DNA of 64,000 nucleotides from Escherichia coli (GTDB lineage Bacteria; Pseudomonadota; Gammaproteobacteria; Enterobacterales; Enterobacteriaceae): NCBI RefSeq assembly GCF_024298765.1, contig NZ_CP101210.1; one strand, 5' to 3'. Shown piece by piece: positions 59,513 to 64,000 of this stretch (position 1 is its first letter; each line of letters starts with the position of its first letter). The notes under the pieces were generated by a model. It saw only the letters and a program-made list of their open reading frames with translations, ran no database searches and was not told where the DNA came from. The position numbers and the translations under genes were made by a program.

Positions 59513-59924
59513 ATTTGGCCAGGCCCAGGCGAGGGATCTCAATAGCCGGGCAGCGATCCATCACTACATTTAATCCGGCATCCCGAGCCAGTACTGCCGC
59601 TTGCTCATTAATCACCCCCAGTTGCATCCAGAGGGTTTTCGCGCCGATGGCGATCGCTTCCTGCGCTACGCCCCACGCTGCTTCTGAATTCCGGAAAACA
59701 TCGACCATATCGACTTTTTCAGGAACTTCTGCCAGCGTGCCATACCCCTGCTGGCCCAGCAGTGTTTTGCCGGCAACTTTTGGCGAAACCGGAATGACGT
59801 GATACCCCTGGTCGAGTAGATATTTCATCACGCGATAGCTGGGACGATCGGGTTTGTCGCTTGCCCCCACCAGCGCAATGGTGTGAGTGGACGTTAAAAT
59901 GCCTGCAATATCGGTTTCTTTCAT
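59511..59924 (-). CDS. yccU: YccU, CoA-binding domain protein
   Basis: 137-aa product [49 protein letters not shown]... Confidence 0.92.
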   Translation of the reverse strand: MKETDIAGILTSTHTIALVGASDKPDRPSYRVMKYLLDQGYHVIPVSPKVAGKTLLGQQGYGTLAEVPEKVDMVDVFRNSEAAWGVAQEAIAIGAKTLWMQLGVINEQAAVLARDAGLNVVMDRCPAIEIPRLGLAK

Positions 59925-60096
59925 TATTTCCTCCAGACTGTTTAACAAAGTGTACGACAAAGCCGACATGCCAACCATGCAGCTAATACGAATGAATGAG
60001 AGCAAAAGCGGGAAATATGTCTATATGTTAGTAAGTATGATTAAAGAAAAATTTTGACACATTATTATTCGGGCGGTCTTTTGACAGGAGCTACCT

Positions 60097-60759
60097 ATGA
60101 AAACCGGCATCGTGACCACCTTGATTGCATTATGTTTGCCGGTATCCGTTTTTGCCACCACGCTGCGGCTTTCAACCGATGTCGATCTTCTGGTGCTCGA
60201 CGGCAAGAAGGTTTCCAGCTCTCTGCTGCGCGGTGCGGACAGCATTGAACTGGATAACGGACCGCATCAGTTAGTGTTTCGCGTTGAGAAGACGATTCAT
60301 CTTTCCAATAGTGAAGAACGGCTGTATATCTCCCCACCGCTGGTGGTCAGTTTTAATACCCAGCTCATCAACCAGGTCAATTTTCGCCTGCCTCGTCTGG
60401 AGAATGAGCGGGAAGCTAACCATTTTGATGCCGCGCCGCGCCTTGAATTGTTGGATGGCGATGCGACGCCGATTCCGGTAAAGCTGGATATTCTCGCCAT
60501 TACCTCAACGGCAAAAACGATTGATTATGAGGTCGAGGTTGAACGCTATAACAAATCCGCGAAACGCGCTTCACTACCGCAATTTGCCACGATGATGGCA
60601 GATGATAGTACGCTGCTTTCGGGTGTTTCCGAGCTGGATGCTATTCCACCGCAGTCTCAGGTGCTCACAGAACAACGGCTGAAGTATTGGTTTAAACTGG
60701 CTGACCCACAAACGCGAAATACTTTCCTGCAATGGGCGGAAAAACAACCATCTTCCTGA
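60097..60759 (+). CDS. yccT: YccT, exported protein of unknown function (DUF2057/UPF0319)
   Basis: 220-aa ORF with signal peptide [20 protein letters not shown]. Confidence 0.92.
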
Positions 60760-60854
60760 GATTTTTGTGCCTGTGCGCAGGCTTTTTCGGTCTTTATCTT
60801 GCAGCGATAAGTGCTTACAGTAATCTGTAGGAAAGTTAACTACGGATGTACATT

Positions 60855-61313
60855 ATGGAACTGACGACACGCACTTTACCTGCGCGGAAACATATTGCGC
60901 TGGTGGCACACGATCACTGCAAACAAATGCTGATGAGCTGGGTGGAACGGCATCAACCGTTACTGGAACAACACGTACTGTATGCAACAGGCACTACCGG
61001 TAACTTAATTTCCCGCGCGACCGGCATGAACGTCAACGCGATGTTGAGTGGCCCAATGGGGGGTGACCAGCAGGTTGGCGCATTGATCTCAGAAGGGAAA
61101 ATTGATGTATTGATTTTCTTCTGGGACCCACTAAACGCCGTGCCGCACGATCCTGACGTGAAAGCCTTGCTGCGTCTGGCAACGGTATGGAACATTCCGG
61201 TCGCCACCAACGTGGCAACGGCAGACTTCATTATCCAGTCACCGCATTTTAACGACGCGGTCGATATTCTGATCCCCGATTATCAGCGTTATCTCGCGGA
61301 CCGTCTGAAGTAA
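60855..61313 (+). CDS. mgsA: MgsA, methylglyoxal synthase
   Basis: 152-aa product [49 protein letters not shown]... Confidence 0.95.
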
Positions 61314-61319
61314 TATTGC

Positions 61320-61344
61320 ACAGGTGGCAAACGCCACCTGTTTC
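61320..61344. terminator. Bidirectional terminator between convergent mgsA and helD
   Basis: ACAGGTGGC-AAAC-GCCACCTGT hairpin followed by TTCTT. Confidence 0.7.
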
Positions 61345-63399
61345 TTACGGTTTTCTCGCCACCGGCACATCAAGATTTTTCAGTATTTCGACAAATGGAG
61401 AGGGATTCTCTTTGTTAAACAGTGCCCATACCCGATGGCGTGCCCGGGTCAGCGCCACGTACATTAACCGCCGTTCTTCAGCGTCCGGGAAATCCTCAAC
61501 CGATGGCAGTAGCGCCTCTTCCATAATCGACTCCCGCGCCGCAGCCGGAAAACCATCACTTCCCTCCTGCAAGCCAACGATGATGACGTAATCCGCCTGT
61601 TGCCCTTTGCTGGCATGAATGGTCATAAAGTCGATTTGCAACTTCGGCCAGCGTGTTGCCGCTTTTTCCAGGCTGGCAGGCCTCATGTGATGGTAACGCG
61701 CCAGGATCAGAATGCGCTCTTCCGGTTTGGCATAACCAGAGAGCTTATCCAGCAAAGCGTCAAGATGGCTCTCATCCAATAACGTGACGGCTTTTTTGTC
61801 TCCATTGGTTAAGCTGTTTAGCGGCTTTTTCAGCTGGCCTGGGTTCTGCTGAATAAACCGGTTTGCCACCTCACCGATACGACTGTTAAAACGGTAAGTC
61901 GTGTCTAAATCGCAGCGATCACCTTCACCAAAGTTTTCATGGAAAGCGGTGGTGAGCGACATTTGCGCACCGCTGAAGCGATAAATCGCCTGCCAGTCAT
62001 CACCAACGGCGAACAACGTCGTCTGACTGTTTTGCTTGCGTAATGCCGCTAACAACGCTGCACGCTGCGGCGAGATATCCTGAAATTCATCAACCAGAAT
62101 ATGCTTCCACGGGCTGATAAAGCGACCTTTCTCCAGAATCACAATCGCCTGGTGAATAAGGCCCGAAAAATCGACAGCGTTTTCTGCCTTCAGCGCACCT
62201 TTCCAGGCTTTTAATAACGGAGCCATCAACTTGATACGTTTACTGAACAGATCGCGAATCACTTCGGGTGCACTGGCAATCATTTCTGCCTGTGCACCAC
62301 CGTGCATCCGCATCAGACTTACCCAGCGATCGAGGCGAGAGGCAAGACGACGCTGTAATTTTTCATCATCCCAGAAATTACCTTCTGGCACTGACCACTG
62401 CATTTCTTCCGTCAGCCATTGCCGCCAGCCCTTCGCCTGCGCTTTCTTTTCGCTGCATTGCTTGCGCCACTCAGCAATAAAAAGTTCATGACGGGCAGCG
62501 GTATCATTTTCCAGTTTGCTGACTATCGGAACTTTTTTGCTGCCCTGCTGAATAATATGCAGCGCCAGCGCATGAAATGTGCGTGCGGTAATGTCTTCGG
62601 TATGTAGTCGTTCTCGAATACGCTCGTCCATCTCTTCAGCGGCTTTGCGACCAAACGCCAGCAATAAAATTTGCTCAGGGGACGCTTCACCACGCGCCAG
62701 CAACCAGCCTGCACGGGCCACCAGCACCGACGTTTTTCCGCTTCCTGCACCAGCCAGCACTAACAGAGAATGCTCGCCATTAACGACTGCCCGGGCCTGC
62801 GCCGGATTCAGCGGTGAAGACTCGACCTGGCGGAAAAAATCCGCATACTCGGTAAGCATGGCTTCGGTATACGCCTGATTATGCTGCAACCGAGCGCTTT
62901 CAATATCTTTCAACCAGGCCTGACATTTACGCCACGCCTCACGGCAGTTATCGAATTCTTCCAGTCGGTTAACCGGCAACGGCAACGCCGACAAAGCCTG
63001 GCGGATTTGTTGCTGCACGCCAGAGGTTTGCTCACGCGTCAGCCATTTATTTTCTCCGGTGCGCGTGGCAATTAAATCCAGTTGCTGCTGTAAAACACCA
63101 GATGCAATTTCGCTCATCTCGCTACTCCACCGCCGCCAGTGAGCATCAAGATGATGGTAAAAACGCTGCGTCTCGCCCCATTCGGTGCCGTGCAGACGCA
63201 CCACTTTTTCGTCCGGCAGTACAAACTCCAGTTCGCCCCATACCAGACCGCGCTTACAGTGAATCGCCAGTAATTGATTGAAAGGAATAAGGTATTCGTG
63301 GCGATCGCCGGAGACTTTAATCCCGGCATTGAGGATCACCGCCCGATCGTAAGGGTGCTGTGCCAGACGTTTTCCAAGCGTTGTCGCTTTCAGTTCCAT
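61345..63399 (-). CDS. helD: HelD, DNA helicase IV (UvrD/Rep superfamily 1)
   Basis: 684-aa product MELKATTLGKRLAQHPYDRAVILNAGIKVSGDRHEY... with Walker A AGAGSGKTS; ORF track extends 31 codons upstream. Confidence 0.94.
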   Translation of the reverse strand: MELKATTLGKRLAQHPYDRAVILNAGIKVSGDRHEYLIPFNQLLAIHCKRGLVWGELEFVLPDEKVVRLHGTEWGETQRFYHHLDAHWRRWSSEMSEIASGVLQQQLDLIATRTGENKWLTREQTSGVQQQIRQALSALPLPVNRLEEFDNCREAWRKCQAWLKDIESARLQHNQAYTEAMLTEYADFFRQVESSPLNPAQARAVVNGEHSLLVLAGAGSGKTSVLVARAGWLLARGEASPEQILLLAFGRKAAEEMDERIRERLHTEDITARTFHALALHIIQQGSKKVPIVSKLENDTAARHELFIAEWRKQCSEKKAQAKGWRQWLTEEMQWSVPEGNFWDDEKLQRRLASRLDRWVSLMRMHGGAQAEMIASAPEVIRDLFSKRIKLMAPLLKAWKGALKAENAVDFSGLIHQAIVILEKGRFISPWKHILVDEFQDISPQRAALLAALRKQNSQTTLFAVGDDWQAIYRFSGAQMSLTTAFHENFGEGDRCDLDTTYRFNSRIGEVANRFIQQNPGQLKKPLNSLTNGDKKAVTLLDESHLDALLDKLSGYAKPEERILILARYHHMRPASLEKAATRWPKLQIDFMTIHASKGQQADYVIIVGLQEGSDGFPAAARESIMEEALLPSVEDFPDAEERRLMYVALTRARHRVWALFNKENPSPFVEILKNLDVPVARKP

Positions 63400-63521
63400 G
63401 ACTCTGTAGATCCACACGAAATTATTTCTTATCAGTGTAACCGTCAGAGAAAACGTGCTCCAGCCCAAAAAAACGTTACAATTGCCGCCCATTACTGAAA
63501 ACCACAGTAAAGCGAGGTTTT

Positions 63522-63968
63522 ATGCGTACCGTTTTGAACATTCTGAACTTTGTGCTTGGCGGATTTGCCACCACTCTGGGCTGGCTGTTGGCGACTCTGG
63601 TCAGTATTGTGCTGATTTTTACCTTACCACTGACACGATCCTGCTGGGAGATCACCAAACTGTCTCTGGTGCCTTATGGCAATGAAGCTATTCATGTCGA
63701 TGAACTGAACCCGGCTGGCAAAAATGTGCTGCTAAATACTGGCGGTACGGTATTGAATATTTTCTGGCTGATTTTCTTTGGCTGGTGGTTATGCCTGATG
63801 CACATTGCAACGGGCATCGCACAATGTATTTCCATCATTGGCATTCCTGTCGGTATTGCGAACTTTAAAATTGCCGCTATTGCACTATGGCCGGTCGGTC
63901 GTCGCGTGGTATCGGTAGAAACAGCGCAAGCTGCGCGCGAAGCCAATGCACGTCGTCGTTTCCAATAA
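63522..63968 (+). CDS. yccF: YccF, inner-membrane protein (DUF307)
   Basis: 148-aa ORF MRTVLNILNFVLGGFATTLGWLLATLVSIVLIFTLPLTRSCWEITKLSL... Confidence 0.93.
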   Translation: MRTVLNILNFVLGGFATTLGWLLATLVSIVLIFTLPLTRSCWEITKLSLVPYGNEAIHVDELNPAGKNVLLNTGGTVLNIFWLIFFGWWLCLMHIATGIAQCISIIGIPVGIANFKIAAIALWPVGRRVVSVETAQAAREANARRRFQ

Positions 63969-64000
63969 TCCACTAATATGGCCTTTATGCTAAGTCCTTT

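Overview
This window reads as Escherichia coli core chromosome, matching the K-12 region from ghrA/serX through helD/yccF in reverse orientation; gene calls rest on protein sequences recognised from memory plus the supplied ORF track, with no searches run. In order it holds ghrA (5' part), tRNA-Ser serX, phoH, efeBOU, putP/putA, rutR and rutABCDEFG, ymdF, wrbA-yccJ, agp, cbpAM, torDAC/torR/torT/torS, yccM, gnsA, ymcE, cspG/cspH, gfcABCDE-etp-etk, appABX/appC, hyaFEDCBA, tRNA-Ser serT, yccA, tusE, yccX, rlmI, hspQ, yccU, yccT, mgsA, helD and yccF. The only clearly accessory stretch is about 700-3700, between serX and phoH, where K-12 carries ycdU, IS3, ycdT and pgaABCD. Here that slot holds a tandem array of ~180-bp units each carrying a copy of the serX 3' end, a 1310-bp IS3-family element with disrupted reading frames, and an orphan 228-aa membrane-anchored nuclease-like ORF followed by an AT-rich ORF-less spacer. 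That orphan ORF is the best candidate for an undescribed function in the window, but it is a single gene, not a multi-gene system. Other differences from K-12 as I recall it are an intact efeU, no yccE between agp and cbpA, no IS1 upstream of gfcA, and a phoH whose 5' region sits in two overlapping frames. Start codons are chosen by comparison with remembered K-12 protein N-termini and are the least certain part of each call.
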